A stretch of 34,969 nt of DNA, taken from positions 1-34,969 of IMG/VR virus record IMGVR_UViG_3300043184_000187. The stretch is one strand, 5' to 3'. A model generated the notes under the pieces. It did not search any database. It saw only the letters and a program-made list of their open reading frames with translations, and was not told where the DNA came from. A program made the position numbers and the translations under genes. This DNA comes from a virus. Its lineage: Duplodnaviria; Caudoviricetes. This document shows, one piece after another, positions 1 through 8,051 of the stretch (positions within the stretch are counted from its first letter, which is position 1; each line of letters begins with the position of its first letter).

Positions 1-56
1 GGACGGCATTATAAAGCGGTGAGCGGTCGCTTGAGGCGGGGTTCCGATCCGCCCCT

Positions 57-88
57 TTCGCCACAATCCGAACCGTTTGCGTAGATGG
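57..88 (+). promoter_or_regulatory. Conserved bipartite motif copy 1 (putative phage-sigma promoter)
   Basis: TTCGCCAC-N14-GCGTAGATGG; identical boxes at 5597-5628 and 20389-20420; upstream of integration module. Confidence 0.75.
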
Positions 89-166
89 TGGTTAACGGCC
101 CGCCGCCCGGCGGGCGGGCACAACTGACCATCGCCGGCCCAAGCGGGCTCGCGCACGGACGCACAC

Positions 167-391
167 ATGACCATCGACCTCGACGAGAGGCCCGAGCGCG
201 ATGACCTCGCGCTGCTGACCCCGACCAAGCGGCTGCACATCATCGCCCAGGTTCTGGCGCACGGCGTCCGCCGACGACGCGAGGACGCCCGCCGCATGGG
301 GCCGATCGGCGACATTTCGCAGCATCCAGAAAGAGAGGACTCAGGACTTGAACCGTTCGGACCGGCTCGCCCTGATCGTCCGCTTGGTTGA
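167..391 (+). CDS. Small hypothetical protein
   Basis: 74-aa ORF, GC3-rich, first gene after motif copy 1 and directly before DUF2924 gene. Confidence 0.55.
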   Translation: MTIDLDERPERDDLALLTPTKRLHIIAQVLAHGVRRRREDARRMGPIGDISQHPEREDSGLEPFGPARPDRPLG

Positions 392-415
392 CGCCTTGCG
401 AACCGGAGAGTCCCA

Positions 416-934
416 ATGAATGCCCCGCCCGATGACATCCCAGCGACGGTGAAGGCCCTGGGCCGACTGACCGTCCCCGAACTGAAGCAGCGATACGCCG
501 AGGTCTTCGGCGAACCGACGCGGACGAACCACAAGCAGCACCTGATCAAGCGGATCGTCTGGCGGATGCAGGCGCTCCGCGAGGGCGGGTTGTCTGAGCG
601 GGCGCGGCGGCGGGCGCTCGAACTGGCCGATGACGCGGAGATCCGCCTGAGCGCCCCCCGGGCAATGGCACGCGGGCCGGGGACGACGATGGCGGCGGCG
701 TTCGACCCGGGCCGCCCGGCGTCGTTCCCGAAGCCCGGGGCCGTGCTCCGCCGCGAGTACAAGGGGCGGGCCATCGTGGTGCGGGTGCTGCCGCGAGGGT
801 TTGAGTACGAGGGCGAGGTGTACCGCTCGCTCACAGCGATCGCCCGAAAGATCACCGGGGCGCACTGGAACGGCGTGAACTTCTTCGGCCTGCTGTCGGC
901 CCGCGGCAAGAAGGGATCGGAGGCGGACGAATGA
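416..934 (+). CDS. DUF2924-family protein (recombinase-associated)
   Basis: GGAG upstream; motifs LIKRIVWRMQ...GGLS, PGAVLRREYKG, YRSLTAIARKITGAHWNG..FFGL; overlaps recombinase start (ATGA). Confidence 0.85.
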   Translation: MNAPPDDIPATVKALGRLTVPELKQRYAEVFGEPTRTNHKQHLIKRIVWRMQALREGGLSERARRRALELADDAEIRLSAPRAMARGPGTTMAAAFDPGRPASFPKPGAVLRREYKGRAIVVRVLPRGFEYEGEVYRSLTAIARKITGAHWNGVNFFGLLSARGKKGSEADE

Positions 935-2496
935 GCAAACGACCAGACCCCAAGCCGCCGACGCGGGTGCGGTGCGCTATCTACACCCGCAAGAGCACGC
1001 AGGATGGCCTTGAGCAGGAGTTCAACTCGCTCGACGCCCAGCGGGAGAGCGCCGAGGCGTACATCGCCAGCCAGAAGACGGAGGGATGGGTCTGCCTTCC
1101 CGATCGCTACGACGACGGCGGGTTCACCGGCGGGAACATGGACCGCCCGGCCGTGGCCCGTTTGATGGCCGACATCGAAGCGGGCAGGGTGGACTGCGTG
1201 GTGGTCTACAAGGTGGACCGCCTGAGTCGGTCGCTGATTGACTTCGCCCGCATGATGGAGTTGTTCGAGCGGAAGAAGATTTCGTTCGTCTCCGTCACCC
1301 AGCAGTTCAACACCACGCAGTCGATGGGACGACTCACGCTGAACATCCTGCTCTCGTTCGCGCAGTTCGAGCGGGAGATCATCAGCGAGCGGACCCGTGA
1401 CAAGATCGCGGCGGCGCGGCGGAAGGGCAAGTGGTCGGGCGGGCGCTCCGTGCTCGGGTACGACGTGGACCCGGTGACGAAGAAGCTCGTGGTCAATCGC
1501 GCCGAGGCGGACCTGGTCCGCGAGGTCTTCCGGATGTATCTGGCTAAGCGGTCGCTGCTCGATGTCTGCCGCGAGCTGAACCGTTGCGGCCTGCGCACCA
1601 AGGCCGTCTCCACACCGAAGGGAGGGGCGTACGGCGGGCGCGAATGGGACAAGCCCGCCGTACTGAAGGTGCTGTCCAACATCCTGTACCGGGGCCGCGT
1701 GCGGTACAAAGCCGAGACGTTCCCGGGTGAGCACGAGGCAATTGTGGACGAGGCGCTATGGACGAGGGTCCACGAGCTGCTGCGTTCCAACGGCCGTGCT
1801 GGCGGGATGCTCGTGCGGAACAAGTACGGCGCGCTGCTGAAGGGTCTGATCCACTGCGGTCCGTGCGGGCTGACGATGGGGCACACCACCGCGAACAAGA
1901 ACGGCACGCGGGTGTACCGCTACTACGTCTGCTACAAGGCGCAGAAGCAAGGGTGGGACTCGTGCCCGTGCCGGTCGCTGCCCGCGGAGCAGATCGAGGG
2001 CTTCGTGGTCGAGCAGATCCGGAGCATCGGCAAGGACCCGGCGCTGCTCTCGCTCACGCTGGCAAAGTGCCGCGAGCAGATGGCGACCCAGCGGGCGGCG
2101 GCGGAGGGCGAGTTGGTCGGCGTCGAGCGCGACCTGGCCCGGTTCCACGCCGAACTTGGCCGTGTGGCGGGCGACGCCGCCACCAACGCCCACGCGACGG
2201 GGCGCTTGGCCGACCTTCACGAGAAGGTCCGGGGAGCCGAGGAGCGGGCCGCGGTGCTGCGACGCCAGATGGCGGACGCCGACGCGGGGCAGATCACCAA
2301 GGCCGAGGTGGACGCGGCGCTCGGCGAGTTCGACGACGTCTGGTCGCGCCTGTCGCCCAAGGAGCAAGCCCGGCTGATGCGGATGCTGGTCCAGCGCGTG
2401 GACTACGACGCCACAAAGGGATCGGTATCCATCACGTTCCACCCGTTGGGCCTGCGGTCGATCGGTCAGCGCGAGCGTGAGGAGGTGTCGGCATGA
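931..2496 (+). CDS. Large serine recombinase (integrase) with recombinase and zinc-ribbon domains
   Basis: CAIYTRKS catalytic motif, VYKVDRLSRS, SFAQFEREIISER, CGPCG...YYVC zinc ribbon, C-terminal coiled coil. Confidence 0.95.
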   Translation: MSKRPDPKPPTRVRCAIYTRKSTQDGLEQEFNSLDAQRESAEAYIASQKTEGWVCLPDRYDDGGFTGGNMDRPAVARLMADIEAGRVDCVVVYKVDRLSRSLIDFARMMELFERKKISFVSVTQQFNTTQSMGRLTLNILLSFAQFEREIISERTRDKIAAARRKGKWSGGRSVLGYDVDPVTKKLVVNRAEADLVREVFRMYLAKRSLLDVCRELNRCGLRTKAVSTPKGGAYGGREWDKPAVLKVLSNILYRGRVRYKAETFPGEHEAIVDEALWTRVHELLRSNGRAGGMLVRNKYGALLKGLIHCGPCGLTMGHTTANKNGTRVYRYYVCYKAQKQGWDSCPCRSLPAEQIEGFVVEQIRSIGKDPALLSLTLAKCREQMATQRAAAEGELVGVERDLARFHAELGRVAGDAATNAHATGRLADLHEKVRGAEERAAVLRRQMADADAGQITKAEVDAALGEFDDVWSRLSPKEQARLMRMLVQRVDYDATKGSVSITFHPLGLRSIGQREREEVSA

Positions 2497-2906
2497 ACGA
2501 CGGCGTCACGATTGACTTCAAGGTCCATGTCACCACCGGCCAGTTCGGGTCGCGCGTGCTCCACGCCGGAGAACGGGCGACACCGCCAAACGTGGCTGCG
2601 GGGCGCGTGCCTCGCATCTCGCGGCTGATGGCGCTGGCGATCCGGTTCGACGAACTCGTGCGCAGCGGCGAGATTGCCGACTTCGCGGACATCGCCGAAC
2701 TCGGCCAGGTCACCCGCGCCCGCGTGAGCCAGATCGTCAACCTGCTGAATCTCGCGCCGGACATCCAAGAAGCGATTCTGTTCCTGCCCCGGGTGGCAGG
2801 CGACCGGGAGGGATTGACGGAGCGGTGCTTTCGGAATGTCCTCTCCGAACCCGATTGGCAGCGACAGCGAGAAAAGTGGAATGGCGGTCAAAGTGTCGCT
2901 AAGTGA
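2493..2906 (+). CDS. Recombinase-associated HTH protein (ParB/KorB-like HTH; possible directionality factor)
   Basis: ATGA overlap with recombinase; IAELGQVTRARVSQIVNLLNLAPDIQE HTH-like segment. Confidence 0.7.
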   Translation: MNDGVTIDFKVHVTTGQFGSRVLHAGERATPPNVAAGRVPRISRLMALAIRFDELVRSGEIADFADIAELGQVTRARVSQIVNLLNLAPDIQEAILFLPRVAGDREGLTERCFRNVLSEPDWQRQREKWNGGQSVAK

Positions 2907-2990
2907 TGCTTTTACAATGCTTTAGATACGATCAGGAGGACGACTACAAGCCCCGTCCGAAGCCCTATCGCTGATTTTGACTTCCGCGCT

Positions 2991-3019
2991 TTGACATCGG
3001 AATACGGCGCTTGTATTCT
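2991..3019 (+). promoter_or_regulatory. Host sigma70-type promoter
   Basis: TTGACA (2991-2996), 17 bp spacer, TATTCT (3014-3019) in a locally AT-rich intergenic region. Confidence 0.65.
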
Positions 3020-3116
3020 TTGCCGTCTTGCGTCTATCGTTTACGCCTCTGCCCGTTCGCGGCACCTGCGGGTGACATGCAACGAGCCATCAAACCAGCA
3101 AGCCAAAGGAGCATCG

Positions 3117-4007
3117 ATGAGCACCACCGAGCACAACGCAACGCAGTCCGATGTCACCCCGGAGGAGACCGTTTCGCCGGATACGGGGAAGGACCGCGCG
3201 GGCAAGGCCACTGATCGCAAGCACGGCAAGAGCTTCGTGTACCTGGCGCTCAAGGACTGCGACGAGGCGCTTCGGAAGATCGATCCCCACCACAAGCAGA
3301 TGTCGATCGAGGGCTTCGCTCGAGCTCTCGGGCACGATGCTCCGAAGGGCCGTTTCCGGCACAAGCTCGACGCGCTGCTGAGCTTCACGCTCATCGAGAA
3401 AGATCCCGAGAACGTCCGCCTCACGCCGCTGGCGATTGACATGCTCTACGGTGGAAGCGAGGGCACGAAGGCGAAGATGCGGGCGACGGCATTCCTCGCC
3501 TACCCCGAGTTCAAGAAGGTGTTCGTCGAGTGTCCCAAGGGGCAGGACAATCAGCGCAGTCACGTGATCGACTTCGTTCGCGCCAAGCTCGGCATCGTGA
3601 ACGAGGAAGAGCGGTTCATGAAGCTCTTCCTCGAATCGGCGCACTTCGCTGGCCTGCTTGACGGTCCCCTGAATCCCGATGCAAAGGTGTTCAAGCTGAG
3701 GGCCGCACCATCATCGCCGGGAGCGCCGGTGGAGTCGAACGGCGCGTCCAGTGCTCCTGAGGACGACTTCGCAACGCTCCCCATCGAGGAAGTGGAGTCG
3801 GCTCTCGATGCGGTCGGACTCAGCGACTACCGAGATCGGAGCGACGTGAAGCAGCGTGCTACGGGCAAGTTCAAGCTCACAGTTGGTGACGGGAAGATCA
3901 CCGTGGAGATCGACCGCCCGATCCGCATCGTGATCCGACCACATGATCTTCTTGGCGAACTTCCGGAGATTCTCGCCGCCATGAAGTCGAAGGGCCTGAA
4001 GCCGTGA
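3117..4007 (+). CDS. Hypothetical cargo protein with probable winged-helix region
   Basis: AAGGAG RBS before ATG 3117 (the ORF-track TTG start at 2991 is the -35 box); FARALGH...LDALLSFTLIEK...VRLTPLA pattern suggests wHTH. Confidence 0.7.
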   Translation: MSTTEHNATQSDVTPEETVSPDTGKDRAGKATDRKHGKSFVYLALKDCDEALRKIDPHHKQMSIEGFARALGHDAPKGRFRHKLDALLSFTLIEKDPENVRLTPLAIDMLYGGSEGTKAKMRATAFLAYPEFKKVFVECPKGQDNQRSHVIDFVRAKLGIVNEEERFMKLFLESAHFAGLLDGPLNPDAKVFKLRAAPSSPGAPVESNGASSAPEDDFATLPIEEVESALDAVGLSDYRDRSDVKQRATGKFKLTVGDGKITVEIDRPIRIVIRPHDLLGELPEILAAMKSKGLKP

Positions 4008-4424
4008 GCCGCAATCCGAGGCCAGCAAAGATCCATCTAGAAAGCCGCCTGCGCCAGCGGTAACTGGTGCAGGCAGGCTCAGTCGTGCTTCCGCGGCCAA
4101 GCAGATCGGCCAAGCGGAAGGCCGGGACGGTTCCCGACTCAGGCTTGCACCTGAGGATAGTGCGGCGAACCGACGGCGACAAGAAGTTCTGCTCGATTGC
4201 AGGAGTTTGCCGTGAACACGCACAACCACATCACCTAGCCAGCAACTCGCACTGACACCGAGGCTCTGAAGGGCGATGACCATGCCGCAGGCTGCGGCTG
4301 CGTGATCCGTCCGCGGTGACTCTGCGCTTACTGCTAGCCGTCAACTCCGTTCACTCGTTTGGACCGTCTGTGGTCTCCCGCCTCAGCGAGCGCGATCAGT
4401 GCGCGCCGTTATGGATGACTCGCC

Positions 4425-4931
4425 ATGTCGCTCGATGACCTCTCGTTTCGTTTCAGTCGGAAGCTGGCCCGTATCAAAGCGGGACAGGTGACCAAGAAGT
4501 ACCGATCGCTCGAAGTAGAGGACGTCGAGCAGAGGTTGATCATGGAAGTTCTCATACGCTGGCCGCGCTATGACCCCCTCAGGGGCACGCCGGAAGCGTT
4601 CGTTGAAGAGGTTATTCGTGGACAGGTGTGCAAGATCATGCGGTCAGAGCGCCGCAGGCGTGCGAGGCTTCGTCGCTTGCGAGGAGTACTCATCGCCTCG
4701 GTGCGGGAGGACGATCCTCGCGATCCGATCCGCTGCCTATCGCTGCGAATGGACGTGCCCTGCGTCGTTGGCACACTGCCTGCCCATCTGATTGAAGCGT
4801 GTCACCATCTTGCGAACGAGACACGCTCGGTGGCAGCTGGAGCGGCGGGGATGTCGAGGAACGGCCTCGCCGGCGCGATCAAGCGTTCCCGCCCGCACTT
4901 TCGCAAGCACTCGTTGGATTTGTATTTGTGA
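4425..4931 (+). CDS. ECF/sigma70-like factor, divergent copy
   Basis: Region-2-like EDVEQRLIMEV...RYDPLRGTPEAFVEEVI; region-4-like C-terminus ending LDLYL; paralogous to next gene. Confidence 0.65.
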   Translation: MSLDDLSFRFSRKLARIKAGQVTKKYRSLEVEDVEQRLIMEVLIRWPRYDPLRGTPEAFVEEVIRGQVCKIMRSERRRRARLRRLRGVLIASVREDDPRDPIRCLSLRMDVPCVVGTLPAHLIEACHHLANETRSVAAGAAGMSRNGLAGAIKRSRPHFRKHSLDLYL

Positions 4932-5069
4932 GTGGGCAGCGCGTGAGCGTGCGGGTTAGGAGAAGCGCGAGAGCAAGAACATCACGACGAGTACCTCGGT
5001 GAGGTCTCCGGGCAACGCGGCGAGAGTGCGCCGTGCATGGATGTGCCACGCTCGTTACGAGGCCTGTGC

Positions 5070-5591
5070 ATGAAGATCGACCCCAAGCATTTCGCCTTTG
5101 CCAACATCGTCATCCGCACCGAAGTCAAGAAGCTCCGCGAGCGCGGAATCATCCGCCGCGCGGATGCGGAGGACATTGCCAGCGAGCTCATGGCTCAGTT
5201 GTTGGAAGTGTGGGACCGCTTCGATCCCGATCGCGGCAGCCGCGAGGCATTCATCAACCAGGTGGTCAGCACGCGGCTTTTGTCGCTCCTCCGGGAGCGG
5301 CGCGCCCAGAAGCGCCGCGGCACACCGCGCCCACTCGACGCCGACGACGACACCGCCATCGACCACTCATGGTCGGGCGACGCGTGGCTTCGCAAAATCG
5401 ACCTCCGCGTGGACCTGGAGATCGCGTTCAGCAAGTTGAACGCGCGGCAGCGCTCGCTCTGCGAGCAGATGCTGCGTGAGGCGCTGACCCCGGCCGCCAA
5501 AGAGCTGGGTGTGCCGCGCAGCACGCTCCGCTACGTCGCCCTCAAGGTCCGTCAGATCTTCCGCGACGCGGGGCTCGAGGAGTATCTGTGA
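5070..5591 (+). CDS. ECF/sigma70-like RNA polymerase sigma factor
   Basis: DAEDIASEL...WDRFDPDRGSREAFINQVV (region 2); LNARQRSLC...AAKELGVPRSTL (region 4 HTH); start 5037 also possible. Confidence 0.8.
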   Translation: MKIDPKHFAFANIVIRTEVKKLRERGIIRRADAEDIASELMAQLLEVWDRFDPDRGSREAFINQVVSTRLLSLLRERRAQKRRGTPRPLDADDDTAIDHSWSGDAWLRKIDLRVDLEIAFSKLNARQRSLCEQMLREALTPAAKELGVPRSTLRYVALKVRQIFRDAGLEEYL

Positions 5592-5596
5592 GCGTC

Positions 5597-5628
5597 TTCG
5601 CCACTCCGCGGGCGTTTCGCGTAGATGG
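5597..5628 (+). promoter_or_regulatory. Conserved bipartite motif copy 2
   Basis: TTCGCCAC-N14-GCGTAGATGG just after sigma gene stop and just before the AAGGAG RBS of the replication operon. Confidence 0.75.
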
Positions 5629-5643
5629 CACAAGGAGAACACC

Positions 5644-5988
5644 ATGAGCATCGGCAACCCCCGCACGGGACGGTCTGTGTACCGGCTCGTGTTTGAATCC
5701 GACGTCGATATGGACACCGTGGAGGAGACGCTGCTCCTGGCGATCCTCGCTGTCGGATGCCTGTACGGCGAGGCGGCCGTCCGGCTCGATGCCGGATACG
5801 CAATCGAAGCGGATGCGCGGGTCGTCGTCCTGGACGCCGCCACCGAGATCGGATGCGCCGTGGCCCGCGTCTTCATCGGCTTCTGCACGCGTGAGTTTGG
5901 CGACGACACCTTCGCCGTCGTCCGGGCCGACGGACCGGTGCCGAAGCGTCCAACCGCAACCACTCGCCCGTGCGAGCCGGTCGCATGA
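5644..5988 (+). CDS. Hypothetical phage protein
   Basis: AAGGAG RBS, ATG 5644, GC3-rich ORF heading the replication operon. Confidence 0.7.
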   Translation: MSIGNPRTGRSVYRLVFESDVDMDTVEETLLLAILAVGCLYGEAAVRLDAGYAIEADARVVVLDAATEIGCAVARVFIGFCTREFGDDTFAVVRADGPVPKRPTATTRPCEPVA

Positions 5989-6080
5989 GCCAGTTCCGTG
6001 GCACGCCCCTCGTACGGCTCGGCCAGGGCGACTTCGTCCGCGACATCTTCCCCCACGACCTTGATCCCAACGGAGAACCC

Positions 6081-6908
6081 ATGACCGCGACCACGCTGAT
6101 GCACCAGATCACCAAGGGCCGCAGGCCCAAGCCCAGGCGCGTGATGCTGTACGGCACGCACGGCATCGGCAAGAGCACATTCGGCGCGATGACCGAGAAC
6201 CCGATCTTCATCCCGACCGAGGATGGCCTCGGCGACATCGAGTGCGAGTCGTTCCCGCTGGCGCGGTCGCTCGGCGATGTGATGGCGGCGCTGGAGTCGC
6301 TGTACTCCGGCGAGCACGGGTACAGGACCGTCGTCATCGACTCGCTCGACTGGCTCGAGCGGCTGATCTGGCGCGAAGTCTGCGACGACGAGCAGGCGGA
6401 GAGCATTGAAAAGATCGGGTACGCGAAGGGGTACGCCTTCGCCATCGAGAAGTGGCGGACGGTGCTCGGGGCGCTCGACGCCCTCCGCAGCGATCGTGGC
6501 ATGACGGTGATCGTCATTGCACACGCCAAGATCGAGAAGTTCGAGAACCCCGAGACGGTGCCGTACGACCGCTACTCGCCGCGCCTGCACAAGCTGGCGT
6601 CGGCGCTCGTGCAGGAGTGGGCCGATGAGGTGCTCTTCGCCACGTACAAGGTGCTCACCGTCAAGGTGGACGAGGCCTTCAACAAGGCCAAGCACAACGG
6701 CGTCGGCACCGGCGAGCGGATCATCCGCACCGTCGAACGCCCGGCGCACGTCGCCAAGAACCGTCTGAACCTCCCCGATGAACTGCCGCTCGACTACCGC
6801 GTCTTCGCGGAGCACGTCGCCGCCTCGCGCGGCGAGTCCGCATCGATCACCCCCACCCCCCAGAACACCGACGCCGTGCCCAGCGAGGGCGCGGCCACCA
6901 CCAACTGA
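6081..6908 (+). CDS. AAA_24-family ATPase (Sak4-like recombination protein)
   Basis: GGAG RBS; Walker A GTHGIGKST, Walker B VVIDSLD, AKNR motif; followed by DUF669 as usual for this family. Confidence 0.85.
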   Translation: MTATTLMHQITKGRRPKPRRVMLYGTHGIGKSTFGAMTENPIFIPTEDGLGDIECESFPLARSLGDVMAALESLYSGEHGYRTVVIDSLDWLERLIWREVCDDEQAESIEKIGYAKGYAFAIEKWRTVLGALDALRSDRGMTVIVIAHAKIEKFENPETVPYDRYSPRLHKLASALVQEWADEVLFATYKVLTVKVDEAFNKAKHNGVGTGERIIRTVERPAHVAKNRLNLPDELPLDYRVFAEHVAASRGESASITPTPQNTDAVPSEGAATTN

Positions 6909-6922
6909 AAGGACTCTGACTC

Positions 6923-7399
6923 ATGGCGAACCTGAACAACTTCGACGCGAACAACGTGGACCCCTCCGTCGCCCTTGACCCGATCCCCGCGGGCAAGTAC
7001 ATCGCCGTCATCACCGAGACGGAGATGAAGCCAACGAAGGCCGGTGGCGGGAAGTACCTCCAGGCCACGTTCCAGATCATCGACGGCGAGTACAAGGGCC
7101 GCCTCGTGTGGGCGCGGCTCAACCTGGAGAACAAATCTGAAATGACGGTCAAGATCGCGCGGGGCGAGCTCTCCGCGATCTGCCGCGCCGTCGGGGTCAT
7201 GGCCCCGAAGGACTCGATCGAGCTCCACAACATCCCGCTGGAGATCAACGTCGGGCTGAAGAAGCGCGACGACAACGGCGAGTTCACCAACGTGATCAAG
7301 GGCTACTCCAAGAAGGGCGGCAGCGGCGCTGCTGGCGCTCGCGTGCCCGTGGGCGTCGGCTCGGGGAGCGCGGGGGGGACGCCGCCCTGGAAGCGATAA
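6923..7399 (+). CDS. DUF669-family protein (putative phage ssDNA-binding protein)
   Basis: PIPAGKY, GEYKGRLVW.RLNL, NVIKGY, flexible tail ending PPWKR. Confidence 0.8.
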   Translation: MANLNNFDANNVDPSVALDPIPAGKYIAVITETEMKPTKAGGGKYLQATFQIIDGEYKGRLVWARLNLENKSEMTVKIARGELSAICRAVGVMAPKDSIELHNIPLEINVGLKKRDDNGEFTNVIKGYSKKGGSGAAGARVPVGVGSGSAGGTPPWKR

Positions 7400-7773
7400 G
7401 CCCATCCGGTCGCGTCCTCGAGCTCCCGTACCCGCCGAGTGTCAACCACATCTGGCGTCGCATGGGGCACAGGACTGTCATCAGCCGCGAGGGCCGGCGC
7501 TACCGCAGGGACGTGTGCGCCGCCCTCGCGGCGATGCGGGTGGAGCGCATGGATGGACGCCTGGCGGTGCGCGTCACCGTCTGCCCGCCCGATCACCGCC
7601 GGCGCGACCTGGACAACGTGCAGAAGGCGCTGCTTGACGCGCTCGCCAAGGGCGGGGCCTACCGCGACGACTCGCAGATCGATCGGCTGCAAGTGGAGCG
7701 AGGTCCGGTGACCCCGGGCGGCAAGGTGCTGGTGGAACTGACCCAGATCACAACGCAAGGAACCAACCCGTGA
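7396..7773 (+). CDS. rusA: RusA-family Holliday junction resolvase (start uncertain: ATA at 7396 or ATG at 7462)
   Basis: LELPYPPSVNHIWR motif in frame upstream of 7462; RRRDLDNVQKALLDAL and DDSQI catalytic motifs. Confidence 0.85.
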   Translation: MSPSGRVLELPYPPSVNHIWRRMGHRTVISREGRRYRRDVCAALAAMRVERMDGRLAVRVTVCPPDHRRRDLDNVQKALLDALAKGGAYRDDSQIDRLQVERGPVTPGGKVLVELTQITTQGTNP

Positions 7774-8051
7774 ACCAGAACTCCGGACGATGGCACCGAG
7801 TCGCCATTGAGTGGTCGGACGGCGCGAGCATCTCGACCGGCTCGATCCAGATGGCATACGAGGCAAACAGCGAGCTCAATAGCACCGTGGCCATGACCCT
7901 CGGGTGCGTGCTGCGGCAAGTCGGAATGTCCGACGTAATCGTCGCCGCCGAGATCCTGAGCCACTCGGAACCGAACGACGCCAATGGAGAGGTGCTCGCC
8001 GAAGCCGCAGGCCGGTTTCTGCGCCGTCGAGAGGACTCTCTCAAGCAATGA
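7770..8051 (+). CDS. Hypothetical protein
   Basis: 93-aa ORF coupled on both sides (GTGA and ATGA overlaps). Confidence 0.6.
   Translation: MNQNSGRWHRVAIEWSDGASISTGSIQMAYEANSELNSTVAMTLGCVLRQVGMSDVIVAAEILSHSEPNDANGEVLAEAAGRFLRRREDSLKQ

Noticed and set aside
2898-2926. Weak dyad CTAAG...TTAG as possible att site
   Set aside because: Symmetry is poor and no second copy is present in the window; cannot be called without the empty locus
4067-4255. 62-aa ORF between cargo gene and sigma genes
   Set aside because: No clear RBS, weak codon bias, no motif; cannot be supported
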